52,930 nt of DNA from a virus (IMGVR_UViG_3300024305_000003:1-52930); one strand, 5' to 3'. Counted from the stretch's first letter, positions 9,576 to 18,645 are shown. Notes: a model not told the origin generated them from the letters alone. Numbers and translations: made by a program.

Positions 9576-10339
9576 GCGTCGGTTACCTCGAGGTCGCGGA
9601 TGGCTTGTTTCTGCTCGTCGGTCAGCACGACCTTCGAAGCGGACATCTTGATGATGCGATCGGCGGTGGTTTTGCCGCCCTCGATCAGGTCTTTCCAGTC
9701 GGCCAGCTTGGTGGCGAACTCGGTGTCGTCGTAGGCGGGGAGGCTGGCCGGCTGCTGTTCCAGCGATTTGCGTTCGGCGGGCTGGCTGGTCCGAATCGCG
9801 CCCATGTCGCGCTCTGCCGGCATGTCCTGAACTTCCTCGGCGACCGGCATACCGCGCAGCACGTCGGGGAAGACGTCACGCAAGGCGAAGGCTCGCGCCC
9901 GCATCTGGCGCATGCGCTTGGGGTGCTGGGTCCAGGGGCCGGACTTGCCGGTCAGCCCGGCAGTTTTCGCGTCATCCATGCTGAAGGTACGGACCTGCTC
10001 GTCCTCGCCGCGACGCTTCACGCGGCAGGTGGCAATGTGGCCGTCATCTGTCTCGTAGATGTATTCGCAGAGCGGCGAGCCGCGCACCAGGGCGATCACT
10101 GCGTCGCCCCACAGCGCCGGGCGCCCGTTGATCACTGCGATGTTCTGCATGGCCTGCATCGGCTGCAGGCCAAGCTCAAGACCCCACTGGATGGCCACCA
10201 GGATGTTGCCGGGGTTACCGCTGAAGTCCTTGGGCACGATGCTGGACTTGGCGAGGATGTCGGCGAAGCGCATGGCCTCGTCGAGCGATTGGGGCGTGAG
10301 GCTGAACCCCTTGGCGGGGGATACGGCGATATCAGTCAT
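9572..10339 (-). CDS. recT: RecT-like single-strand annealing protein
   Basis: GLELGLQPMQAMQNIAVINGRP and GPWTQHPKRMRQMRARAFALRDVFPD; coupled to the exonuclease gene. Confidence 0.78.
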   Translation of the reverse strand: MTDIAVSPAKGFSLTPQSLDEAMRFADILAKSSIVPKDFSGNPGNILVAIQWGLELGLQPMQAMQNIAVINGRPALWGDAVIALVRGSPLCEYIYETDDGHIATCRVKRRGEDEQVRTFSMDDAKTAGLTGKSGPWTQHPKRMRQMRARAFALRDVFPDVLRGMPVAEEVQDMPAERDMGAIRTSQPAERKSLEQQPASLPAYDDTEFATKLADWKDLIEGGKTTADRIIKMSASKVVLTDEQKQAIRDLEVTDA

Positions 10340-10398
10340 CGTGTTCTCCAGGCACGCAGCCCCCTACGGGCTTGCGCATTGGTCAGGTGGGTGGGCGG

Positions 10399-10711
10399 TC
10401 AGGAAAAGGTGTGTTCGATAATCAGCCGCCCGGCGAGCGCCAGGCTGAAGAGGCTCACTGCGGCGAAGCCGCCGCAAAGCAGCAGGGCGCGCTCGGTCAT
10501 CCGGTGATCTCCCCTGCGAGCGCGCTCAGGTAGACCCAGCCGGTGAACACGGCCAAGGCGATCGCGAAACCTCGCCAGAAGGCGTAGCGCTTGGCGCGCT
10601 GGTAGCGGGTCATATGCCCCCCAGCAGGCCCACATGGACCAGATAGGCAAGGAAGGGGGCGACAACGAACAGCAGGCCGGCGCCACCCGCGATTTCCTTC
10701 AGGGCATGCAT
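10399..10711 (-). CDS. Three coupled small hydrophobic ORFs (10610-10711, 10497-10613, 10399-10500)
   Basis: 33-38 aa each, each with one TM-like stretch; linked by ATGA start/stop overlaps. Confidence 0.5.
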
Positions 10712-11121
10712 GGCAGCAACTCCCGGTGGCGGTATGAGAAGGCGCTGCTGCGCAGCTTGCTGAGCCGATCGAACACCGGCAGCGGGATCACGCCAAAGAC
10801 CAGCGCCGCGGTGATCATTCCGTCCGCAAATCGGTCCCGGTACAGCAGGGCCTCGAGGTTCTCCGCGTCGCGAATGGCGTGGAGCTGGAACGCGATCCGG
10901 GCGAACCCGCATTCGGTCGGGTTGCTGCTGGTCCTGGCCCGCATGTCTTGAGCGAGCCGGTTCGCGACGCGCACAGCCTTGGCCTTGCGGAGTGACTCTT
11001 GCAGTCGCTTTTCAAGGGTGCGCTCTTCCGTTTGGCTCAGATACTTGGCCGCAGCCCCATAGTTGCCCGCGCTCGCGCGGTCGCGGTTACGCGCCGTATA
11101 TACGTGCTGTTGATTGCTCAT
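10699..11121 (-). CDS. Hypothetical basic protein, first gene of the leftward operon
   Basis: 140 aa, GAGGGA RBS, Arg/Lys-rich. Confidence 0.6.
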   Translation of the reverse strand: MSNQQHVYTARNRDRASAGNYGAAAKYLSQTEERTLEKRLQESLRKAKAVRVANRLAQDMRARTSSNPTECGFARIAFQLHAIRDAENLEALLYRDRFADGMITAALVFGVIPLPVFDRLSKLRSSAFSYRHRELLPCMP

Positions 11122-11536
11122 TGCAGTTCCCTCGCTGTCTGCGCCAATCAGGCAGCCGCCTCCTTCATCGCAGGACCAGTGCTATGAATTGGAATGGAAG
11201 AGGCTGTCTCGATGGGCGCTTGGGTAGATGATTGCCGCGCTCACCTGCTGGGCTCTTGCGCGGCTAGTCGTTCTGGTTGTCAGGCCGGGGTTACAGGCCA
11301 CCTCCGGCTGGGCTCAACTTCGCTGCTTTGCACTGTCCCGGTGTTGCGCCTCATCTTGGCTCCGGCAGGGAGTGCTCGCCGCGCGTCTCGGGGGCTGCTG
11401 ATTCCAGTCGCATCAACAGGTCGAGCCGGCATGGTCACCAGAGCCATGCGTGGGACGGGGTTCACCCATCGGTAGCAGTCGTTTTATCCGCCGTCGCTCA
11501 GGCAAAAGCCTGTCGGGACTGCTGGCGGGTTCGGCA

Positions 11537-11574
11537 TTGGTAAAGAGCGGTGGGCTGGTAGGCCCTGCCAGGGC
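11537..11574 (-). promoter_or_regulatory. Putative nut-like antitermination site: GCCCT-GGC-AGGGC hairpin followed by boxA-like CGCTCTTTACCAA
   Basis: Resembles boxA (GCTCTTTA) and the lambda boxB stem; lies just downstream of the predicted PL. Confidence 0.45.
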
Positions 11575-11594
11575 TAGGCCGTGGCGTTGAGATA

Positions 11595-11637
11595 AATATG
11601 TACCAACGGTTCATTTGAGTCAAGAACCAAAAGTACA
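11595..11637 (-). promoter_or_regulatory. PL promoter with operators OL (11599-11613, 11623-11637)
   Basis: Minus-strand TTGACT-N17-CATATT overlapped by TGTAC-N5-GTTCA and AGAAC-N5-GTACA. Confidence 0.7.
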
Positions 11638-11802
11638 TAAATTTGGCGTGACGATGCTGCTCGCTTTGCGAGGGGTGGGGAGATGGGCATGTTCAGCGCT
11701 AACCGCAGCAGAAGAGCCCTTCAGGATTCTTGGCTAGTGCGGCGCTGAGGGTGTTGCGGCAGGCTTGAGGGGCGGGTGATGCGAGCTGTGGCTAGCTCGG
11801 CA

Positions 11803-12084
11803 TCAGTCTGCCGGCACGGCTGATTGCGGGTCGAATTTTTGCCAGGGGCCCGCCGGAGGCGGTGCCGTTCGAACTTGCCCCTTCGGGTAGACATTGCAGT
11901 AACGGGCAAGAACGCCAATCGAGCCGCTGGTATGGACGTCTTCGAGATGCCGAACCATACATTCCTCCCAGGTAGCCGGCTTGCTGTGGTTGACTGTCAG
12001 CACGCCAGCAACGTAGGCCAGCAGCGCCGTACCCGCGAACATCCCTATGAGTAGCGCTCGAGGAATCGGGCGACTCTTGTCCAT
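11803..12084 (-). CDS. Hypothetical single-pass membrane protein
   Basis: N-terminal TM segment (LLIGMFAGTALLAYVAGVL), AAGGA RBS; third gene downstream of cI. Confidence 0.55.
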   Translation of the reverse strand: MDKSRPIPRALLIGMFAGTALLAYVAGVLTVNHSKPATWEECMVRHLEDVHTSGSIGVLARYCNVYPKGQVRTAPPPAGPWQKFDPQSAVPAD

Positions 12085-12116
12085 ATCCAGTTCCTTTGAA
12101 GGGTGATGCGCTTGGC

Positions 12117-13004
12117 TCAGGCGCAGCGCTCGCGCCACCAGCCAACAGTCAGGTCGGCCAGTTCGCCAGTGTTGCCGGCCTCGATAACCTCGATGCCTGT
12201 CGCGCGAATGCGATCGATCTGCCTGCGGGTGACGGCATCGTGCTTGCGGAACTCCAAGCTGGTCAGGCCGCTGTCGGCGCGGGGAACCAGAACCGATATG
12301 GCGGCGGCCTGGCGGTCGGAGTTGCTGCGGATGAGGTTCAGGTCAGCTGAAGCCTGCAGCAGATTGATCTCCACCACCAGAGGGCTCTTATACCATGCCG
12401 AAACGATGGTTCCGGATGCGCTGGCGCTCAGCAGAGGAACGTCCATCTCGATGCGATGCCCGCTGGAGCGTAACGGCAGCTGGAAGCGCTCGGTCTGGAT
12501 GATGCGAGAGGCCTGCATGTGCATCCGTTGCTTCATCAGATCGAACACCGAGGAGCGGAGCTTGGGCGTGGACTGATAGCGGAATGCATATTCCTGGGCG
12601 CCTTGGCGGGGCCGGCCAAGCGTGACAACGTCGTGATAGAACTCATCAACGACCGCCTCGGCGCTTACGCCAGATGCGAACAGTGGAGCGCCAAGCCGTA
12701 TGGTGTCGCTGAGCATGTCCGGGAGGTCCGCGCCGGTGTCCATGATCGACGCTTCGATGTCGTAGAGCAGGTGGGCCAGATCGTTATGATCGATACGGTC
12801 CTCGTATAGGCACTTGAGGCGATCGAAGTTATCGAGCATCCGCACCTCTACGCTGCCGGCATGGGTAAACATGACGCCTACATTGAGGAACTCGCCAGAG
12901 TCTTCGTCCAGGCAAACGCTGATCGGCCGCCAGTACCCTTTGACGACAGGAGTATCTGAGCGCTTCTCAGTTAATCGGGAGCGTAGTCGGGCGACTGCGT
13001 TCAT
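12117..13004 (-). CDS. DUF3037-like partner of the HipA-like kinase
   Basis: N-terminal DEDSGEFLNVGVMF motif; ATGA overlap with the kinase gene. Confidence 0.6.
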   Translation of the reverse strand: MNAVARLRSRLTEKRSDTPVVKGYWRPISVCLDEDSGEFLNVGVMFTHAGSVEVRMLDNFDRLKCLYEDRIDHNDLAHLLYDIEASIMDTGADLPDMLSDTIRLGAPLFASGVSAEAVVDEFYHDVVTLGRPRQGAQEYAFRYQSTPKLRSSVFDLMKQRMHMQASRIIQTERFQLPLRSSGHRIEMDVPLLSASASGTIVSAWYKSPLVVEINLLQASADLNLIRSNSDRQAAAISVLVPRADSGLTSLEFRKHDAVTRRQIDRIRATGIEVIEAGNTGELADLTVGWWRERCA

Positions 13005-13879
13005 ATCAAATGGCCTGCCGCCTTGGCGTAGGATGCGGGATCGAGCAAATCTTGCAGCAACTGGATGATGGCGTCGATGTCGATCTGCTCGAAGAACTCA
13101 GACAGCACTTGCCGCGCTGCGTTCTCGCCATCCTGCCGGAAGCTCACTGCAAAGCCATTATATGCCATGACTCGAATACCCGAGTTGGGCAGCTTCTCGC
13201 TCCAGTGCGGGTTGTGCAGGTCGATCAGCCACTGGAGCCTGTTTATGCATGGGTCGGGGAAGGTGCCGGTGCGCCCGGGCGTCCAGTTGGGGAAGTTGAG
13301 GATGCGCCCGTGATCGATGAGCGTCAGGCTGTTTGGCCCGGACGCAAGTAAGTTGCCCGCGTTGCGGTCCGAGTTCATCAGCCAGCCATCGAACGCGATG
13401 ACCTTGGGCGAGTCCGGGTTCTTGGCCAGCTCTAGTGAAAGGCGCTTCAGGCGCCGGTCATGCAAAGAGGTCAGCTGCGCACCACTGAGGTGCCGCTGTT
13501 TAAGGCTCGGGAACTGCATGTCCTGGCTGAACCAGCAGAAGTAGTCTTTCTGCTGATGGCGCCCTGCAGCCTTGTCCAGCTCAGGCCAGAGCGAAGCTGG
13601 GATCTGCTCTCGGTCAAGCATGATGATGCCGGCCGTAGACGGAACGGTCAGCCCACAGGACTTGGCGAGCACGTGGCCTAGCGCCTCGTTGATCAGCTCC
13701 TGGTTGGCTACGTACCGCCCTGTAGTCGGGCACTGGATCTGGTCGGTGAGCGGCTTTACGTAGCAGCGAATCGAGCCGGCCGCGGTGCGAACCTTGGCTC
13801 TGAAAATCGGACTTATCCCCTTGCTCGCCGGTTCGCGGAGCGTACCCCCAAAAGCGTCACTGCTTAGAATTTCGATCAT
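13001..13879 (-). CDS. HipA-like Ser/Thr kinase
   Basis: CYVK lysine, INEALGHVLAKSCGLTVP helix, catalytic loop FDGWLMNSDRNAGNLL, Mg-binding LIDHG. Confidence 0.85.
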   Translation of the reverse strand: MIEILSSDAFGGTLREPASKGISPIFRAKVRTAAGSIRCYVKPLTDQIQCPTTGRYVANQELINEALGHVLAKSCGLTVPSTAGIIMLDREQIPASLWPELDKAAGRHQQKDYFCWFSQDMQFPSLKQRHLSGAQLTSLHDRRLKRLSLELAKNPDSPKVIAFDGWLMNSDRNAGNLLASGPNSLTLIDHGRILNFPNWTPGRTGTFPDPCINRLQWLIDLHNPHWSEKLPNSGIRVMAYNGFAVSFRQDGENAARQVLSEFFEQIDIDAIIQLLQDLLDPASYAKAAGHLI

Positions 13880-14393
13880 CGGCCTTCAGTTTTCCCCTGA
13901 GCTTTTCATAGCTTCCCGCCCGGCCTTTTGCGTGCTCTGTCGGCGCGCTTTCGAAACGAGCAGCGATGCGATCCAGTAATTGCACGTCTTCATCCGTAAG
14001 CCGGCCCTGAGCGGCCGCCCGTGCGATTCTTTCCAGGGCGCGGCGCGAGCGCGGCGTGGTGATCATTGCGAGCAAGTTGGCCTGCTCTGCGGTAGCCGAC
14101 CGAGCTGGGCTGTCTTCGCCGACGCATGACTCCGTATTTTCGGCAGGCGCAACCATGGCGCCCTCGCCGTACTGCAGCCACTCAACGCGCACGCCAAGCT
14201 CATTGGCGATAGCAACCATGTTGGCGCGACCTGGCATGGACTCTGCGTTCCACCACTTGCTCGAAGCCTTCGGGGTTTTTCCTGTCATTTCCGCGAGGCG
14301 AACGCCAGCGCCCCACTCGGGAATGCCGGCGTGAGCTAGAGCTTTTTTTAAGCGAGCGACAAATTCGCTACGCAGATCATCCGACTGAACCAT
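13857..14393 (-). CDS. cI: CI-like repressor (XRE HTH), no S24 peptidase domain
   Basis: HTH (LAEMTGKTPKASSKWWNAESMP...LGVRVEWLQYGEG); divergent from cro. Confidence 0.8.
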   Translation of the reverse strand: MVQSDDLRSEFVARLKKALAHAGIPEWGAGVRLAEMTGKTPKASSKWWNAESMPGRANMVAIANELGVRVEWLQYGEGAMVAPAENTESCVGEDSPARSATAEQANLLAMITTPRSRRALERIARAAAQGRLTDEDVQLLDRIAARFESAPTEHAKGRAGSYEKLRGKLKADDRNSKQ

Positions 14394-14457
14394 AGGTTCA
14401 ATATCCCACGCGCTTGCGTGTACTTTCAGTACCGGCATAATATGTACCTTAAGTTCA
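14386..14457. promoter_or_regulatory. OR operators (14386-14400, 14419-14433, 14443-14457) and PR (TTGCGT 14414, CATAAT 14436)
   Basis: TGAAC-CATAG-GTTCA, TGTAC-TTTCA-GTACC and TGTAC-CTTAA-GTTCA lie between cI and cro. Confidence 0.75.
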
Positions 14458-14478
14458 TAAATGCTCGGAGACCTCGTG

Positions 14479-14874
14479 GTGAGCGCATTAAAAGAAGCCA
14501 TCAATAAGCTCGGAGGGGTTGCGCAGGCAGCAACTCTATGTGGGGTAAGCCAGCGGGCAATCTACAAATGGCTGAGCTCAGGAACCCTTCCTCGCACTGA
14601 ATACACGGGTGAAACCCATTACGCCTCCCGGCTCGCTGATGCGTCCGCTGGCCAGTTCACCGCCGAATGGCTGCTTGCTGAGGCAGCCCCAACGAAGACG
14701 GCGACCCAGCAGGCCAGCCCTAAGCCTGCCCAACAAGGCGAACGCCGAGCCCCGCGCAAACCAGCCGACCGCCGCGGCCGTCGTGAAACCGATCTATCCA
14801 CCCAGGAAGCCAGGGAGCTGCTGGAGAGCGCCGAGAAGCTCGCCGGCACGCTCCAGCGCATCGCCAAGGACTGA
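14479..14874 (+). CDS. cro: Cro-like HTH regulator
   Basis: AINKLGGVAQAATLCGVSQRAIYKWL; GTG start (14476 or 14479) after GGAG. Confidence 0.8.
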   Translation: MSALKEAINKLGGVAQAATLCGVSQRAIYKWLSSGTLPRTEYTGETHYASRLADASAGQFTAEWLLAEAAPTKTATQQASPKPAQQGERRAPRKPADRRGRRETDLSTQEARELLESAEKLAGTLQRIAKD

Positions 14875-14947
14875 GCCCGAATTCCTGGGGCGCTGAGCGC
14901 CCCAGCTGTACCGCGTCACCCATATCCACCACCAGGAGCAAAGAGCC

Positions 14948-15307
14948 ATGACCCAAACGAAGCTTTGTGAAGATCGCCGCCGCCGGGCACCCGGTACGCA
15001 CCTGATCAGAGAGATCAAGGTCCGCGTCTGTACCGAAGACCATGAGGAGCTGATCCAGGCGTCACGCCTGGCGCATGCAGAGAACCTCACCGGTTACGCG
15101 CGCGACTGCATGTTCATCGGTCATCGCCTGCAGCAGGGCGGCCAGCAGGAGCAGGTACTGGCCGCGATGCTGCTGCAGCAACAGGCCCATCTGCTGACCG
15201 CGCTGTTCCGAGGCGAGCCAATAAGCCAGGAAGAGCTGAGCGAGCTGGTGTTCGGCCTTGCCAAGCAATCGCTCCAGCTCAGTGTGGGCGATACCAAATC
15301 AGCCTGA
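14948..15307 (+). CDS. Hypothetical regulator at the cII position
   Basis: AGGAG RBS; possible ribbon-helix-helix N-terminus (IKVRV...EEL). Confidence 0.55.
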   Translation: MTQTKLCEDRRRRAPGTHLIREIKVRVCTEDHEELIQASRLAHAENLTGYARDCMFIGHRLQQGGQQEQVLAAMLLQQQAHLLTALFRGEPISQEELSELVFGLAKQSLQLSVGDTKSA

Positions 15308-15336
15308 AAGGCCCTGAGAAGGGCGAGGGGAGGGGA

Positions 15337-15537
15337 ATGCCAATGTTCACGAATGAGGTTTGCGAGGCCGCGATTGGTCGGCTGAGCCATGCAGAGCAGG
15401 GTGCGTTGAAGCAGGAGGCCGCACGCCGCGCCTGCTCGATCAACGAGGCGATGTTGCAGGTGGCGCTGGAGAACTTGCAGCAGCAGTTGTACGCGCTGCC
15501 GCTGATGGGTCAGCGCTTGCAGCTGGTCAAGGGATAA
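15337..15537 (+). CDS. Hypothetical protein
   Basis: 66 aa with a strong RBS. Confidence 0.55.
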   Translation: MPMFTNEVCEAAIGRLSHAEQGALKQEAARRACSINEAMLQVALENLQQQLYALPLMGQRLQLVKG

Positions 15538-15597
15538 CAGCGCCCCTTCGGGGGCGCCTTCGAAGGCCCTAGAAGGGCCTGCTGCGAGGTTTCAATC

Positions 15598-16389
15598 ATG
15601 GCTGGTGACTGGATCAAGTTCGAACTGATCACCCTCGATAAGCCTGAGGTCTGCCAGATCGCGGACGCTGCTGACATCGATTGTGATGCGGTGGTGGGCA
15701 AGCTGCTGCGCGTGTGGGGCTGGTTCGATCAACAGACGGCAGACGGTAACGCTCCGAGCGTTAGCAAGCGGTTACTGGATCGGATGGTTGGCGTTACCGG
15801 TTTCTGTGAACACATGAAATCGGTGGGATGGATGGTCGAGGCCGACGGCACGATCAGTCTGCCCAATTTCGACCGCCACAACGGCAAAACCGCCAAGAAC
15901 AGGCTTCTCACGGCTAAACGGGTCGCTGCGCACAAGGCTGCTAACGGTAAAGGTAACGCCAAGGGTAACGCTGCGAACGTTAGCGATGCGTTACCTAAAG
16001 AAGATGTAGAGAAGAGTAAAAGCAATACCCCCTTAAGCCCCCCTGCCGGGGGCGGCGCGCAGGACGATTCGCCTGACCAGGGTGAGCAACCAGAGCCCAA
16101 GCCGGCGACCAAGGCCAAGCGCGGCACCCGATTGCCGGACACCTTCCTGCTGACCACGGACATGGCTCGCTGGGCGAGAGACCGGGCGCCAGGGGTGAAC
16201 CTGAGCCTGGCGACCGAGAAGTTCGTGAACTACTGGCGCGGCAACGGCAAGACCAAGGTCGACTGGGTGGCCGCCTGGCGCAACTGGGTGCTCGAGGAGC
16301 AGGACCGGGCCAACTCGCGCCGCGGAGCGCCAGCGGCAGAGCCTGATTTCGAAAGTACCGAGTGGGCCAAGGATCTGGGAGAGCTGTGA
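15598..16389 (+). CDS. Phage replication initiator (O-like)
   Basis: MAGDWIK N-terminus, C-terminal FVNYW...DWVAAWRNWV, internal iteron-like repeats; precedes the P-like gene. Confidence 0.78.
   Translation: MAGDWIKFELITLDKPEVCQIADAADIDCDAVVGKLLRVWGWFDQQTADGNAPSVSKRLLDRMVGVTGFCEHMKSVGWMVEADGTISLPNFDRHNGKTAKNRLLTAKRVAAHKAANGKGNAKGNAANVSDALPKEDVEKSKSNTPLSPPAGGGAQDDSPDQGEQPEPKPATKAKRGTRLPDTFLLTTDMARWARDRAPGVNLSLATEKFVNYWRGNGKTKVDWVAAWRNWVLEEQDRANSRRGAPAAEPDFESTEWAKDLGEL
15745..15995. repeat. GGTAACGC iteron-like repeats (putative origin)
   Basis: Direct copies at 15745, 15952 and 15964; inverted copies at 15791 and 15988; followed by an A-rich tract. Confidence 0.5.
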
Positions 16390-17057
16390 TGAAAAACGCC
16401 AAGGACATCGTCGCCGGTCTCACTCCGGAAAACCTGCCAGCAAGCCTGCCGACCGTGTCGGCTCCGGCGCGTGACGTCGACCCGGGTACCGCCGAGGTGG
16501 TCAACGCGCTGTTTCGCGAGCTGCAGTCGATCTTCCCGGCGTGGAAGCAGGCCTGGCCGACGACCAGGGCGCTGGATGCGGCAAAGCGGTCGTGGATCAA
16601 GGGCTTCATGTCGGCACGGATCAGCACCATCGAGCAGATCCGCCTCGGCATCGAGCAATGCCGCCAGCACGGCGGTGACTTCGCCCCGAGCGTCGGGCGG
16701 TTCGTGAAGTGGTGCCAGCCGACGCCCGAAATGCTCGGCCTGCCGCCGCTGGAGCGCGCCTATGCCGAGGCCTGCCGCAACTCGCACCCTGCTGCCGATG
16801 GGCAGTGGTCGCACCCCGGGGTGTACCACGCAGCCTGTGAGGCCGGATTCCACGCACTGCGCACCCTGAGCGAGGAAGTGAGCCGCCGCCTGTTCGAGCG
16901 CAGCTACGTGGCGACGGTACGCATGCTGCTGGCCGGCGAGCCGCTGCGCGAGATCCCCAAGGCGCTGCCGGAGACGGTGACTGTCCGTACGCCGGAGGTT
17001 GGCCGCGCCGCACTGGCCGGGCTGCGCCAGGCGGTGCGAGGTGCTGCCCATGGCTGA
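16389..17057 (+). CDS. Replication protein P-like helicase loader
   Basis: FPAWKQAWP...KRSWIKGF...PSVGRFVKWC, lambda-P-like motifs. Confidence 0.8.
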   Translation: MKNAKDIVAGLTPENLPASLPTVSAPARDVDPGTAEVVNALFRELQSIFPAWKQAWPTTRALDAAKRSWIKGFMSARISTIEQIRLGIEQCRQHGGDFAPSVGRFVKWCQPTPEMLGLPPLERAYAEACRNSHPAADGQWSHPGVYHAACEAGFHALRTLSEEVSRRLFERSYVATVRMLLAGEPLREIPKALPETVTVRTPEVGRAALAGLRQAVRGAAHG

Positions 17058-17661
17058 CAAGCTCGCCACACGCCGTAAGCGCAAGGAGCGCCGGCACATC
17101 CTGTTTCGCGTGGAGCGGGCAGTGATCGAGAGCACTGGGGAAGTGGTTGGTGCTCTGGTGCCGCGCTTCGCAACCGATCGCCGACTGATGCGTGACCGTG
17201 GTTACCGGATGGGCGATGACCTGCGGGCCGAACTGAGCAAGCCGCGGCACCTGGGCCAGCATCGCAGGGCGCATCTGCTTGGGGGCCTGGCAGTGGCTCA
17301 GCTCGAAGGGTTCGAGGGGCTGGACCAGCACGCCGCCATCAAGCGCCTGCAGCGCGAATCCGGCGTGTGTTGCGAGGTAGAGCAGATCGATGCTGCACCG
17401 GTGGTGACCGCGATCCTGGCTGCAGCCGAGACGATGCTTGGCGCCGCTGCGACGCGGATGCTCAAGGCCGTGCTGCCGGAAATCAAGCAGATCGACGTGC
17501 TGGTAGCGCAGAGCCTGGCGTTCGACAGGATGGAGCAGGGCGAATTCGAACGGTTCTACGCGGGGATCTGCCAGCACCTGGCCGAGCGCTACTGGCCCGA
17601 TTGCGACCAGGCGCAGATCGAGCAGATGGCCGAACTGATGGATCGGGAGCGTGCGGCATGA
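17050..17661 (+). CDS. Hypothetical nin-region protein
   Basis: Coupled ORF starting MADKLATRR. Confidence 0.65.
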   Translation: MADKLATRRKRKERRHILFRVERAVIESTGEVVGALVPRFATDRRLMRDRGYRMGDDLRAELSKPRHLGQHRRAHLLGGLAVAQLEGFEGLDQHAAIKRLQRESGVCCEVEQIDAAPVVTAILAAAETMLGAAATRMLKAVLPEIKQIDVLVAQSLAFDRMEQGEFERFYAGICQHLAERYWPDCDQAQIEQMAELMDRERAA

Positions 17662-17963
17662 AGATCGCCAGCAAGAAGGTCCGCGACAGCGCCCGCGGCA
17701 AGGACTGCACCGTCCGCATGCCGGGCATCTGCAGCTTCGACCCGGCCACCACGGTGCTTGCGCACATCCCGTGCGGGCAGAAGGGCGTCGGCATGAAGGG
17801 CTTCGACACCGTGGCGGTTTACGCCTGCGCCAATTGCCACGACGTGCTGGATGGCCGCCGCCAGGGGCAGGTGGACTGGCAGGACATCCCGCGGGCTATC
17901 GCAGAGACACATGAGTCCCTAGTAGGGGCCGGGCTTTTGGTGGTGAAGGGAGCAGCGGCATGA
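17658..17963 (+). CDS. DUF1364-like Zn-binding putative nuclease
   Basis: RDSARGKDCTVRMPGIC...TVLAH...ACANCHD. Confidence 0.75.
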   Translation: MKIASKKVRDSARGKDCTVRMPGICSFDPATTVLAHIPCGQKGVGMKGFDTVAVYACANCHDVLDGRRQGQVDWQDIPRAIAETHESLVGAGLLVVKGAAA

Positions 17964-18166
17964 AGTGGGCGCAGAAGAAAAACCGGGACGGCGACCCGAT
18001 CAAGGACTGCTGGGTGACCGATGGCGGCTACACCGTGGCGATCTGCCGACTGCCTGAGCAGCGATTCGTGGTGACCAGGCCCGGCGGCAATGCTCCGCTG
18101 GCCTATGTGAGCAGCCGCGAAGAAGTGCTGCGCGTAATCAACATCGACATTGGAGCTACGCAGTGA
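17960..18166 (+). CDS. Hypothetical protein
   Basis: 68-aa coupled ORF. Confidence 0.55.
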   Translation: MKWAQKKNRDGDPIKDCWVTDGGYTVAICRLPEQRFVVTRPGGNAPLAYVSSREEVLRVINIDIGATQ

Positions 18167-18645
18167 TTCTAGGGATTGATCCAGGCTGTACCGGTGCTCT
18201 TGTCGTGATGACTGACGGCGGCAACTACGTGGCGCACCTGAACATGCCTACAGTGAAGGTCGGCACGAAAAGCCGGGTGAACGGCGCTGCGGTGGCCGCT
18301 TTCATCCGCGAGACCATCGGCGAGTTCAACGCGCACGCCTATCTCGAGCAGGTTGGAGCCATGCCAGGGGGCGGCGAGCGCAAGAGCGGGGCGTCTTCGA
18401 TGTTCACCTTCGGCCATGCAGCCGGAGTTGTGGAAGGAATCCTCCAGGGCATGGCTATCCCGTACACGCTGGTGACCCCGCAGGCCTGGAAGAAGCGCGC
18501 GGGCCTAGTAGGCACCGACAAGGACGCAGCACGCAGCCGCGCCATCCAGCTTTATCCGGATCTGCGGATCCTCGATCTGAAGGGGAAAGGCCAGGCCGTG
18601 GCTGACGCCATCTTGATCGCACGGCACGGGGCCAACTGCGCATGA
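18163..18645 (+). CDS. RuvC-like Holliday junction resolvase
   Basis: ILGIDPG, YLEQV, VTPQAWKK and ADAILIA motifs. Confidence 0.82.
   Translation: MILGIDPGCTGALVVMTDGGNYVAHLNMPTVKVGTKSRVNGAAVAAFIRETIGEFNAHAYLEQVGAMPGGGERKSGASSMFTFGHAAGVVEGILQGMAIPYTLVTPQAWKKRAGLVGTDKDAARSRAIQLYPDLRILDLKGKGQAVADAILIARHGANCA

Noticed and set aside
14386-14457. Operators as LexA/SOS boxes
   Set aside because: They do not match CTGT-N8-ACAG, and the spacer is N5 rather than the N4 of GAAC-N4-GTTC or GTAC-N4-GTGC boxes. Their position fits phage OL/OR.
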